DNA from: a virus
Taxonomy: Duplodnaviria > Caudoviricetes
Strand: one strand, 5' to 3'
DNA: 64,000 bases
Virus record (IMG/VR): IMGVR_UViG_3300023119_000004
The notes under the pieces were generated by a model. That model had not been told where the DNA came from. It saw only the letters and a program-made list of their open reading frames with translations, and did no database searches. The translations under genes and the position numbers were made by a program. How positions within the stretch are numbered: position 1 is the stretch's first letter; the number at the start of each line of letters is the position of its first letter. Below, in pieces: positions 18,445 through 28,300 of the stretch.

Positions 18445-19202
18445 TAACCAATTGTGAATCCGTAGCCAACGCCGCCTGGCACAGCAGTAGAAATTTCCTG
18501 TTCAAGTTTTTCCATTTCTGCTTGTGCTTCTGCTTTGAGTGCTTCACCGTTTAGTGTTGAACCACCTTGTGGTCCTGCAATAGTAGCAAATTTTGAACGT
18601 GCTTCGCCTAACATCATTTTAGCAGTTGCTAGAGCATAGTCCTTAATCCATTGAATTGCTAGGTAGTCTTTTAGTAATTCGCTATCAGGGCGATAGTTGT
18701 AAACATAAAGTAATAGTTCTTCTTCTGCTCTTGGACGTTGTAATAACAGTAGTTCTTTTGTTGTAGTGTTCCATTTAAATTCAATAAATGATCCAAACAT
18801 ACGTCCTACTAGTTCTTGGTATCCTGCAAACATTTCGTATGTTGCAAGTCCGCCCATATTAGATGAACTTAATAGATAGGTATTTGTGTATGCCATATTA
18901 AATGGTTCGAACAATGTGCCGCCATCGCCACCACCTGTTCTTGAGCCAATTGAGCGTCTAAATAGTTTGCGTACTTCAACTACTTCCTCTGGCAAAATGT
19001 ATGAATTCTGATCAATAACTGTGGGCAAGAACAAATAAGATTCTTCCACAGAATTATCAGACTTTTGTCTAAATCTAGTCAATGCTTTTTTAAGGGCAGT
19101 TTCATAATGAACTGGATCTAGTTCGACATCCACCATGCCGCCACCTAGCATTGAGTTTATATAATCAAATATTTCTTGTTTTTGCTGTGTCAATGTTGCC
19201 AT
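18444..19202 (-). CDS. gp13: Neck protein (T4 gp13-like head-tail adaptor)
   Basis: LGGGMVDVEL, WIKDYALA, WGxxxSKF-like LGEARSKF, LNGEALK pattern; divergent from gp14. Confidence 0.8.
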   Translation of the reverse strand: MATLTQQKQEIFDYINSMLGGGMVDVELDPVHYETALKKALTRFRQKSDNSVEESYLFLPTVIDQNSYILPEEVVEVRKLFRRSIGSRTGGGDGGTLFEPFNMAYTNTYLLSSSNMGGLATYEMFAGYQELVGRMFGSFIEFKWNTTTKELLLLQRPRAEEELLLYVYNYRPDSELLKDYLAIQWIKDYALATAKMMLGEARSKFATIAGPQGGSTLNGEALKAEAQAEMEKLEQEISTAVPGGVGYGFTIG

Positions 19203-19222
19203 ATTCTTTTGGTCTCCATATG

Positions 19223-19243
19223 TATTTATGCGAACGATAAATA
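19223..19243. promoter_or_regulatory. Back-to-back divergent late promoters for gp13 (minus, 19223-19228) and gp14 (plus, 19238-19243)
   Basis: tattta and taaata 9 nt apart; the plus copy lies 8 nt before ATG 19252. Confidence 0.65.
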
Positions 19244-19251
19244 CAAGTACT

Positions 19252-20415
19252 ATGCCAAGAATCAGTTTATATAAACCCGAGAAGGGAAAAGATTACGAAT
19301 TTCTAGATAGAACCATTACAGAGATGTTTACTGTAGGGGGTACAGATATATTTGTACACAAATATCTAGGACCTAGTAATCCAGACGAAGAAGACGCTAC
19401 TCCAGCAACGCCTCGCTACGATGCTGTTAAAGAGACAAATATACAGGATATGTTATTCCTTGAAAATAGGGATAGAAAATACGATCCAGATGTATATGTA
19501 ATGCGTGGCATTTACAACGTACAAGATGTTGACTTTGATATGAGTCAATTTGGACTATTCTTACAAAATGATACGTTGTTTATGACTATTCCAATTAATT
19601 ATAGTGTAAAAACTCTTGGCAGAAAAATTATGTCTGGTGATGTAATTGAGTTACCGCACTTAAAAGACGAATATGCATTGAACGATTATAGTGTTGCACT
19701 TAAACGTTTTTATGTTGTTGAAGATGTTAATCGTGCTAGTGAAGGATTTTCACCTACATGGTATCCACATTTATACAGAATTAAATTAAAACAAATTGTT
19801 GATTCACAAGAATTTAAAGAAATACTTGACTTACCATCAGAAGAAGGAAGTTCACAAACACTACGTGATGTACTTTCTACTTACGAAAAAGAAATGCAAA
19901 TTAATGATGCTGTACTTGCACAAGCAGAAGCAGATGCACCTAAGTCAGGTTATAATACAAAACATTTATACACATTAGCAGTAGACGACAATGGTAAACC
20001 TGCATTAACTACTGCTGACGATACTACTATTGAAGCAAGTATTAATAGTGGTAATTTAGATGCAAGTAGAGTTTATGAAACACCTGAAAGAAACGGTTAC
20101 TCAGGTTACCTTATTGGCGACGGTATTGCACCTAATGGTGAAGCGTTTGGACATGGCCCTAGTTTCCCACTAGGTCAAACTAAAGGAGATTACTTCTTAA
20201 GGACAGACTTTATGCCAAATAGATTATTTAGATATGACGGCCAACGCTGGGTCAAGTTTGAAGATAATGTTAGAATGGATCTAACTAATACTAACACTAG
20301 AAGTACACAGAAAACAGGATTTATTAATAACACTAAAGAAGACTCTATTGGCGGAGATACTATTAAAGAAAGACAAAGTCTTTCTAAAGCACTTAAACCT
20401 AAGGCGGATAATTAA
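19252..20415 (+). CDS. gp14: Neck/head-closure protein (T4 gp14-like); start revised to ATG 19252
   Basis: DMLFLENRDRKYD, SQFGLFL, GDVIELPHL, FYVVEDV; MPRISLY start follows TAAATA. Confidence 0.75.
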   Translation: MPRISLYKPEKGKDYEFLDRTITEMFTVGGTDIFVHKYLGPSNPDEEDATPATPRYDAVKETNIQDMLFLENRDRKYDPDVYVMRGIYNVQDVDFDMSQFGLFLQNDTLFMTIPINYSVKTLGRKIMSGDVIELPHLKDEYALNDYSVALKRFYVVEDVNRASEGFSPTWYPHLYRIKLKQIVDSQEFKEILDLPSEEGSSQTLRDVLSTYEKEMQINDAVLAQAEADAPKSGYNTKHLYTLAVDDNGKPALTTADDTTIEASINSGNLDASRVYETPERNGYSGYLIGDGIAPNGEAFGHGPSFPLGQTKGDYFLRTDFMPNRLFRYDGQRWVKFEDNVRMDLTNTNTRSTQKTGFINNTKEDSIGGDTIKERQSLSKALKPKADN

Positions 20416-21836
20416 TGCAACATTTTTATGATGGTCAAATAAGAAGATACATTACTCAAATGATTAGACTCATGAGTAATTTTTCTTATGCTGATGGAAA
20501 TGGTAACCTTACACAGATTCCAGTTATGTATGGAGATATTACACGTCAGGTTGGACATATCATTAGAGATAACAGTGAAAACAAAATTCCAAGTGCGCCA
20601 CGCATGGGTGTATATGTAACTGGTTTAGAAATGGATCGTACACGTACTGCTGATGCAACTTATACAGGTAAAATACATTTACGTGAACGTACTTATGATG
20701 CAGATAATCAAGAATACTTAAACACACAAGGTAAAAATTATACTGTAGAACGTTTAATGCCTACACCTTATAATTTAAATATTAATGTTGATATATGGTC
20801 AACAAACACAGAACAAAAATTACAAATTATGGAACAGATATTAATGCTGTTCAATCCTAGTTTAGAAATTCAAACAACAGACAACTATGTAGACTGGACT
20901 TCGTTATCCGTAGTTAATTTAGAAAGTGTAAACTGGAGTTCAAGAAGTATTCCAATGGGCACTGAAAGCGAAATTGATGTTGCACAATTAAGTTTTCAAA
21001 CACCGATCTATATTAGTCCACCTGCTAAAGTTAAGAAACTTGGTGTTATTACTAGTATTGTAATGAGTGTATTTGACGAATCAAGAGGTACTATTAACTT
21101 AGGTGATTCACGTCCAGAACTTCAAGCGTATAACGATGCATACGACACTACTATGAAGTCTGATGGTAAAAATAATACAAGTAGAGTTGATGCAAGTACT
21201 GTAATTAATGAATACTATGCCTATGATGCTATTGTAATGAATAATATTGTACAACTAGGCAAAAACGGAGTTCAAGGTAATATTAGTTGGCGTGACGTAA
21301 TTGATCAAACACCTGGTGAATACGTAGCAAGTTTAAGCAGAATTGAACTTGATAGATTAGACTTTGGTTCACCTATTGTTGGTACATTTGCTATTAATAC
21401 ATTAGACGAAACACAAATTATTGTAAACTGGGATACTGATACTATTCCATCAAACACAGTACTTACTGGCCCTAATGGAGATTCAGGTACAGTTAATGCT
21501 ATTATCGATCCACAAAAAACAAATCCAACAAATATTAAAGTTCCTGGGGCTAGAATATTATTACTAAATGCTATCGGCGACAGTGGTAATGCAGACGGTC
21601 CTGATGCATGGAAGGCTACTGATGGTACAGACTTTATTGCTGATGAAAACGACATTATCGAATGGAGTGGTACTGAATGGCAAATTGTATTCGATGCTAG
21701 TGAAAACGATGCATCAAACGGCCTTACATATACAACCAATTTAAATACAGGTGTCCAATATAAATGGGACGGAACAGATTGGTCCTTATCCTTTGAAGGC
21801 GAATATCAAAAAGGCACTTGGCGCCTAGTATTCTAG
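20415..21836 (+). CDS. gp15: Tail sheath stabilizer/tail completion protein (T4 gp15-like) with C-terminal extension
   Basis: MQHFYDGQIRRY, IPVMYG, PTPYNL, EQILMLFNP motifs. Confidence 0.8.
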   Translation: MQHFYDGQIRRYITQMIRLMSNFSYADGNGNLTQIPVMYGDITRQVGHIIRDNSENKIPSAPRMGVYVTGLEMDRTRTADATYTGKIHLRERTYDADNQEYLNTQGKNYTVERLMPTPYNLNINVDIWSTNTEQKLQIMEQILMLFNPSLEIQTTDNYVDWTSLSVVNLESVNWSSRSIPMGTESEIDVAQLSFQTPIYISPPAKVKKLGVITSIVMSVFDESRGTINLGDSRPELQAYNDAYDTTMKSDGKNNTSRVDASTVINEYYAYDAIVMNNIVQLGKNGVQGNISWRDVIDQTPGEYVASLSRIELDRLDFGSPIVGTFAINTLDETQIIVNWDTDTIPSNTVLTGPNGDSGTVNAIIDPQKTNPTNIKVPGARILLLNAIGDSGNADGPDAWKATDGTDFIADENDIIEWSGTEWQIVFDASENDASNGLTYTTNLNTGVQYKWDGTDWSLSFEGEYQKGTWRLVF

Positions 21837-21838
21837 CA

Positions 21839-21844
21839 TAACTA
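21839..21844 (+). promoter_or_regulatory. Variant late promoter TAACTA, 5 nt before Nudix ATG
   Basis: TAACTA-CTTGT-ATG; one mismatch but same spacing as the TAAATA cases. Confidence 0.45.
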
Positions 21845-21849
21845 CTTGT

Positions 21850-22290
21850 ATGAAAGAAAATATTATATGTAGTGGTGCTCTCTTCTATACATTAAACACC
21901 CAAAGATTTCTATTCTTACATAGAACACAATCCAAACAAAACAATGTTTGGGGTCTTGTTGGTGGACGAAATGAAAGTGAAGAAATTCCATATAAAGCAT
22001 TACTACGTGAAATAGAAGAAGAAATTGGTATGGTTCCAGATATTGTTAAGAGCATACCTTTAGAAACTTTTATTAGTAACGATGAAAAATTTAGTTTTCA
22101 TACTTATTTGTGTGTAGTCAAAGACGAGTTTTTACCAAAACTTAATCACGAACACAACGGGTATTCTTGGGTTAGTTTTAATAACTGGCCTAAACCTTTA
22201 CATCAGGGTCTCCGAAACACTTTACAAAACAAACAAAATCTGTTAAAATTACAAACAGTATTCCAATTAGTTTCATTAATAGAGAAGTAA
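21850..22290 (+). CDS. Nudix hydrolase
   Basis: Nudix box GGRNESEEIPYKALLREIEEEIG. Confidence 0.88.
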   Translation: MKENIICSGALFYTLNTQRFLFLHRTQSKQNNVWGLVGGRNESEEIPYKALLREIEEEIGMVPDIVKSIPLETFISNDEKFSFHTYLCVVKDEFLPKLNHEHNGYSWVSFNNWPKPLHQGLRNTLQNKQNLLKLQTVFQLVSLIEK

Positions 22291-22291
22291 G

Positions 22292-23542
22292 ATGGTTAAA
22301 GTTTATGGCGATATAATGTTAGATCGTTGGATCGAAGGTACAGTTGACAGAATTAGTCCTGAATCACCAGTTCCAGTTTTAAAAGAATCTAATCAAAAAT
22401 ATAGCATTGGTGGTGCTGGCAACCTAGCACTTAATATTGCATCAATTAATGGTGATGTAGATTTGTTTGGTGTAGTTGGCCAAGACAAAGAAGGCTACAA
22501 AGTTTTAGAATTATTAAAAGACTCTAAAGTATCTGCAAACATAACGAGCGATACAATTACAACAACAACTAAAACAAGACTTGTTGGCCAAACAGGACAA
22601 CATCTAATGCGTTGGGATAGAGAAGACCAATATGCTAAACTAGATGCCATTAATAAATTAGAAAACGCAACAGACGCAAATGATATTGTTTGTGTTAGTG
22701 ATTATAATAAAGGTACTGTTAGAGCAGATACTATTGATAAAATTTTAAAAATAACTAAAAAAGTTCTTGTAGATCCAAAACAAGAACCGGGGTATTATAC
22801 AGGGGCATTTCTTGTAAAACCAAATATGAAAGAATATGAACAATGGTTTGGAAAATTTAGAAAAGAAATTGCACTATTAAAAATAAAAGAATTTCACTGG
22901 GAATGGTTAGTTGTCACTGATGGTGCTAACGGCATTCATGTGTTACATACTTCAGGAAAATATAATCATTATAAAGAAGAAGTACACGAAGTTGCAGATG
23001 TTACAGGTGCTGGCGATACAGTAATGGCAGTTATTGCATACGGATTAGAAACAGGAATGGATATGTTTGATGCTTGTGAATTGGCTTGTTATGCCGCATC
23101 GCGAGTTGTAGAAAAACGTGGTGTTGCTGTAGTAACAGGTGCTGATCTAAATAGAGGTTTAGTATGGACTAACGGAGTGTTTGATATACTGCATACTGGC
23201 CATTTAAAACTGCTTAGACACGCACACACGCTTGGAAAACGTCTTGTGGTGGGCATTAATAGCGATGCCTCTGTTAAACGCTTAAAAGGCGAATTAAGAC
23301 CCATTAACGACGAGTTTACACGTAAGCAACAACTAGAACAATTAGGGTTTATTGACGAAGTAGTTGTGTTTGATGAAGACACACCATTAGAAACCATTTT
23401 GCAAATCAAACCAGATATTATTGTAAAGGGTGGCGATTACACAGTCGAAGAAGTAGTTGGTCACGAATATGCTAAAGTTGATATCTTTCCAATAGTAGAA
23501 GGATACAGCACATCAAAAACAATTGAGAAGATGTTATCATGA
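22292..23542 (+). CDS. hldE: Bifunctional heptose-7-phosphate kinase / heptose-1-phosphate adenylyltransferase
   Basis: GDIMLDRW...RISPESPVPV, PfkB DVTGAGDT, then TNGVFDILHTGH, VVGINSDASVKRLKG, KGGDY. Confidence 0.9.
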   Translation: MVKVYGDIMLDRWIEGTVDRISPESPVPVLKESNQKYSIGGAGNLALNIASINGDVDLFGVVGQDKEGYKVLELLKDSKVSANITSDTITTTTKTRLVGQTGQHLMRWDREDQYAKLDAINKLENATDANDIVCVSDYNKGTVRADTIDKILKITKKVLVDPKQEPGYYTGAFLVKPNMKEYEQWFGKFRKEIALLKIKEFHWEWLVVTDGANGIHVLHTSGKYNHYKEEVHEVADVTGAGDTVMAVIAYGLETGMDMFDACELACYAASRVVEKRGVAVVTGADLNRGLVWTNGVFDILHTGHLKLLRHAHTLGKRLVVGINSDASVKRLKGELRPINDEFTRKQQLEQLGFIDEVVVFDEDTPLETILQIKPDIIVKGGDYTVEEVVGHEYAKVDIFPIVEGYSTSKTIEKMLS

Positions 23543-24372
23543 GAATATTAGTTACAGGACATGAAGGATTTATTGGAAAAAATCTTGCTTCGTATTTAAA
23601 CTACAAAGGACACGAAGTAGAAGGGTGGGAATGGCAACCAAACAAAGTTCCTGACCCAGCACCATACGATAGAATTATTCATATGGGTGCTATTTCAAGC
23701 ACAACTGAAACAGATATTGATAAAGTGTGGGAACAAAATTACGAGTTTAGTATGCGTTTGCTACAAGTATGTGATAAGTTTGGCACTACGCTAATGTATG
23801 CTTCATCAGCAAATCAATATGGCAATATCAACGGCAACGTACCTATCAAAGAAAATGATAAAAAACTTCCTACGTCACCGTATGGTTGGTCTAAGTATTT
23901 GTTTGATAGAAGCGTTTTAGAAATTCCCGAATACACTTGTAATGTACAAGGATTTAGATTCTTTAATGTTTATGGTCATGGGGAAGAACATAAAGGTGAT
24001 CAAATGAGTGTGTTTCACAAGTTTGAAAAACAAGCAAAAGAAACTGGTGTTATCAAAGTGTTTGAAGGAAGTGACAAAATTTATAGAGATTTTATTTGGG
24101 TAGGAGATGTATGCCAAATAATTGAAAAATTTATTGATGTTGATCAAACAGATGTTTGGAATATCGGAACAGGAAAGGCTAGAACTTTTTTAGAAATAGC
24201 AAATTTATATGCTAAAAAGTATGATGCTAAAGTAGAAGAAATTCCGATGCCGGATAAATTAAAACTACAATATCAATATTTCACAGAAGCAAACATTGAT
24301 AAGTTAAGTAATACTATCGGAGAGTATAAATTTATGTCGATAGAGGAGTATGTAAATGGCGGCCAGGCATAG
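23539..24372 (+). CDS. hldD: ADP-L-glycero-D-manno-heptose 6-epimerase-like SDR
   Basis: ILVTGHEGFIG, HMGAISST, YASSA, YGWSK, FRFFNVYG, YQYFTEANIDKL. Confidence 0.82.
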   Translation: MRILVTGHEGFIGKNLASYLNYKGHEVEGWEWQPNKVPDPAPYDRIIHMGAISSTTETDIDKVWEQNYEFSMRLLQVCDKFGTTLMYASSANQYGNINGNVPIKENDKKLPTSPYGWSKYLFDRSVLEIPEYTCNVQGFRFFNVYGHGEEHKGDQMSVFHKFEKQAKETGVIKVFEGSDKIYRDFIWVGDVCQIIEKFIDVDQTDVWNIGTGKARTFLEIANLYAKKYDAKVEEIPMPDKLKLQYQYFTEANIDKLSNTIGEYKFMSIEEYVNGGQA

Positions 24373-24763
24373 TGGTAAAGTAGACAAAGGTTGGGGCTAC
24401 GAATTAATTTGGGCAACTAACGATTTATATTGCGGGAAAATTATGGTCTTTAATAAAAAAGGCAATAAATTTAGTATGCATTATCATAAAGAAAAAGATG
24501 AAACATGGTTCGTTAATCAAGGTAGTTTTAAATTACGTTGGATTGATACAACTACAGCAACCTTATATGAAAAGATTTTAAATCCGGGTGATACTTGGCA
24601 CAATCCGCCATTACAACCACATCAGTTAGAAGCACTAGAAGATAATAGTTCTATATCAGAAGTAAGTACTGCGGATTCTATCGAAGACAACTATCGTATT
24701 ATGCCTGGTGATAGCCAAGCAACACAACCGACAGAAGAAGTTACAAATGATCAAGGTGTATAA
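24356..24763 (+). CDS. Cupin protein (sugar isomerase-like)
   Basis: KGWGYE, FSMHYHKEKDETW, PHQLEAL, EVST. Confidence 0.75.
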   Translation: MAARHSGKVDKGWGYELIWATNDLYCGKIMVFNKKGNKFSMHYHKEKDETWFVNQGSFKLRWIDTTTATLYEKILNPGDTWHNPPLQPHQLEALEDNSSISEVSTADSIEDNYRIMPGDSQATQPTEEVTNDQGV

Positions 24764-25343
24764 AACAGACCTTGAATGTAATTTAAACTTACTTAAACAT
24801 TCATCTGTATTTTTAAACAACCAAATTATGAACGATATTGTAATGCCATTAGGTATGCAACACGTTCCTCACACCAGTAAGCCGACGGCAGTAAGTCAAC
24901 AATACAATTTGTTTACAAGTCTTATGCCACCAATTTTTGAATTAAAAGAAAGTATTGCTGGATATTTTAAAAACAATGTTGATCACGATAAAGAACAATC
25001 ATATTGGATTGTTGGTTGGCTAAACTTTTGGCCTAATAAAGGCGAAACATTGCCTTGGCATGGACACGAATACGGCGATGATGAAAACTGTTTTCATGGA
25101 TATGTAGGTGTTGATTGCGAACCATCCGAAACTTATTATAGAACATTAGGTTCAGACAATGTCGAAGTAACCATTAAAAATTTAGATAGACAATTAGTTA
25201 TTACTAATAGTAAAGGCGTTGAACATAGAACAAGTAATTGGAGCGAATCTAGACCACGTATTACTATTGCGTTTAATATCCAACCTAGAGAAACTGTTTT
25301 ACAAGAAGTAGGTAATAGACTAAACTATTACGTTCCTTTATAA
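24747..25343 (+). CDS. Putative 2OG-Fe(II) oxygenase; start revised to ATG 24747
   Basis: WLN, HxH (WHGHE), distal H (VEHRT) and RITIAFNI pattern. Confidence 0.6.
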   Translation: MIKVYKTDLECNLNLLKHSSVFLNNQIMNDIVMPLGMQHVPHTSKPTAVSQQYNLFTSLMPPIFELKESIAGYFKNNVDHDKEQSYWIVGWLNFWPNKGETLPWHGHEYGDDENCFHGYVGVDCEPSETYYRTLGSDNVEVTIKNLDRQLVITNSKGVEHRTSNWSESRPRITIAFNIQPRETVLQEVGNRLNYYVPL

Positions 25344-28300
25344 TTATGCTTGTGCCTCTGACCAACGTAGAATGATATTCGCTTGTGTGGATATACCACC
25401 CGTTTTATAAACGTTAATTGCTAACACGTCTGGACCGTTCGGGAATGTGCCTCTACCACCTAGTGTAGTATTAGTTAACTCTTTCAATGAACTTAAATCA
25501 AGTAGTGATGATTCACCCGGTGTTGCAATGAATGAAAATACTGTTTCACCCGGTTGTGCATAAGGTGGTTGACCAAATAAGAACGATACAGTATCGCCTG
25601 GATTAATTGTTGTGGACGAACTCTGTGTAAAGCCAACTTCGTAGTATTCAGTTCCACCAAATTCGTCAATATTAACACTTGCTACATAAGTACCTGGTGG
25701 AAATTTAGTATCTGCTGGGTCAACTTCAGTACCAGCAATAGCACCTAGTGCGTCCCAAGATGCTTTTGTAAATAGCAATTTAGAAGCGTTACTTGTTGAA
25801 CCACCAAAACTAAATGTATAGTTTGCGCCAGCGGCAACAAATGAATTGTTTCTTTGGCTTGTTCTAAATCTATATCTGCTGTACCAATATTCATTAACAA
25901 CTTCAATGATTGTAGTACCTTGTGGGAATAATCCAGTAACTGTTGTACCAACACCAACTTTACCACCTAGTGCTTCCCAATTAGCAGTTGAAACATAATG
26001 ATAGTTTGTGTTGTTTCTGTTATACAATGCGGCCGCTGTATCTGTCATTGCCGCTTGAATAGTTGCTGTACCAGTAGTCTGTGTAGCACCTGTGGTCCAT
26101 GTAACACCACCACCTGGTGCAACCTGTGCGAAACTTGGCTGACCACCCTGGGCCGCCCCTGTTAATCCTGTCCAACCAACTGATCCTGGATCTGTTGGAT
26201 AGTTTTGTGGATTTAGAATTCCTTCAACAACGATACCACCTGTTACTACGTCTGCGTTATTTGCTGGATCAACACCATCTGATGTAATCTCAATACCTTC
26301 AAGTAGCAACTGTGCTCTGTTTAGCAGTTCTCTTTCACCTAGGTCACCTGTAATAGCGTTCGATACACTTGGTGCTAGTCTTAACATAAACACAGTATTT
26401 CTTGTACCACTAATTTCGTTACCTGTGGAAGTATATGAGAACAAGTATCCACGATCTGAGTCAAAGCCACCGTCTGTTTGGAATGCAGAACCCCAGTGTG
26501 AAATAATTGGACTAATAGTATTACTAATTAGAATTACACCAGTACGTTCTGTATGCGTTGCCGCTACACCTGCTGTGTATGTTCTAGTTGCACCTGCCGC
26601 ATAGTTACTCATTGGTGCTGAACGTGTACAGCCTGTTAGTGTATCTCCGTTAACACCTGTAAATCTAATCATCTCGTTATCAATATAAACTGTTCCACCT
26701 GTTGGAGGGAAGAACGAAGCATCAATTAGCGGAATAGTAGTTTGTGTTGCTGTAATATCAGCCGCTAGTCTATCGCTAGGTCCGTAGTTACCTACTTCAT
26801 AACGCACCGGCATATTACCTGTACGCATATATGCTTCTGTGTTAATGTTTGAGTTACGCATTCTATGATAGAAAATAAAGTTACCATCGTCACCTCTTAA
26901 CATCCAATCAATAAATCCAGCACCATACCATGAATACTGTATACCAATCATCTGCATCTTAGAGATGTCCATGATATAACCTGAGGATCCTAAACCGTCG
27001 AGTGTGTCTTTGTTAAAGTCTGCTTGTTTTGTTTTCTTGTCTTCAACCTTACACAATTTTGCACCACTAGCAGGAGTAACACCGCGGAAGTCTGGAGTAA
27101 CTGTCATTGTAGTTTGATTTGTTACGCCCGAAACAACGTGTGTCATACCTTTAATAACAATTACATCACCTGCTTTTAATTGATCTCTAAATCTAGTACC
27201 TGTACCTGTGACTAAGTTGCTATCAACACCAAGTGACACAGTACCTGCTAATTGTAGTGTAGCAGTTCTTTGTACAGCATTAAAGTTAACACCGTCATAT
27301 TCTTGGAAGATACCGTTTTGATCATCAAATGTACCTGAACGTACAGTTGCACCGTGCCAGTTAAGTAGTGATACTTGTGATCTTGCACTTAGTACTGGAT
27401 TGACACCACCAAGTAGTGTTGTTGCAATAACTCTAAACACTCGTTCACTTACAATACTTGCTACTTCGTATTCACCGTTGTAACCGTTTGTTTCAATACC
27501 AATTAATTTAATCTTACCACCAATTTGTAGACCATGGTCTACATCATCTGTGGTTACTGTAATAAATGAACCTGCTGATGTACCGTCTGCATGAACTTCT
27601 AATAAGTCGTATGATGGTGCAAACAAAGCACCAGTTGTATACATAATACCTTTACCTGATTGGTATCTAATATACTTTTTACTTTGACGTATTGCTTGTG
27701 CACCGTGTTGTGGTCCACCTGTTCCTAGCATAACACCACCGTCATATGGTCTATGAATAAAGAACGAATCTGGTCTTGGATACAATGTTGCAGTAATGTT
27801 ATTAACATCACCAATTGCACCTGGTGCTCTACACTGATATCTTAATGTGAGAGATGTTGGAACCTGCTGTGCAAAGAATGGACCTTCAAGTAATGTGTGG
27901 TTGTTAACTCCATCATCACTACCAACTGTAGTAATAAACGCATCACCTGGAACAAGACCGTGTGCAGTATTAAATGTTACTTCAACAGTAGCCAATGCCG
28001 CGAACGCAATAGTTGTGTTTGCTACAATATTTGCTGTGTGTAATTCTGAAACAGTAATAGTTGAATAAGTTTGTACAGTTGTACCTTGAATTGCTGTACC
28101 TGAAATTGTAGTATTAACAATACTACCGTCGGTTGCTACTTCAGTAATTGAAATAACAGCATCGTTAGTGCCATCAACACCACCTAGTAGTGAACCTAAA
28201 ACTTGAATCTTGTTGCCAACAACATAACTCTCACCGTCGATTTCAATTGTAGGTGAAGCATATACTCCGTTGTTTCTTAAAATACTAAATGTTGCATTTG

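Noticed and set aside
21305-21739. Antisense ORFs such as 21305-21739, 33067-33555, 40530-40979, 45419-45751, 62034-62456
   Set aside because: Shadow frames opposite long genes with clear motifs; no SD, promoter or domain motif
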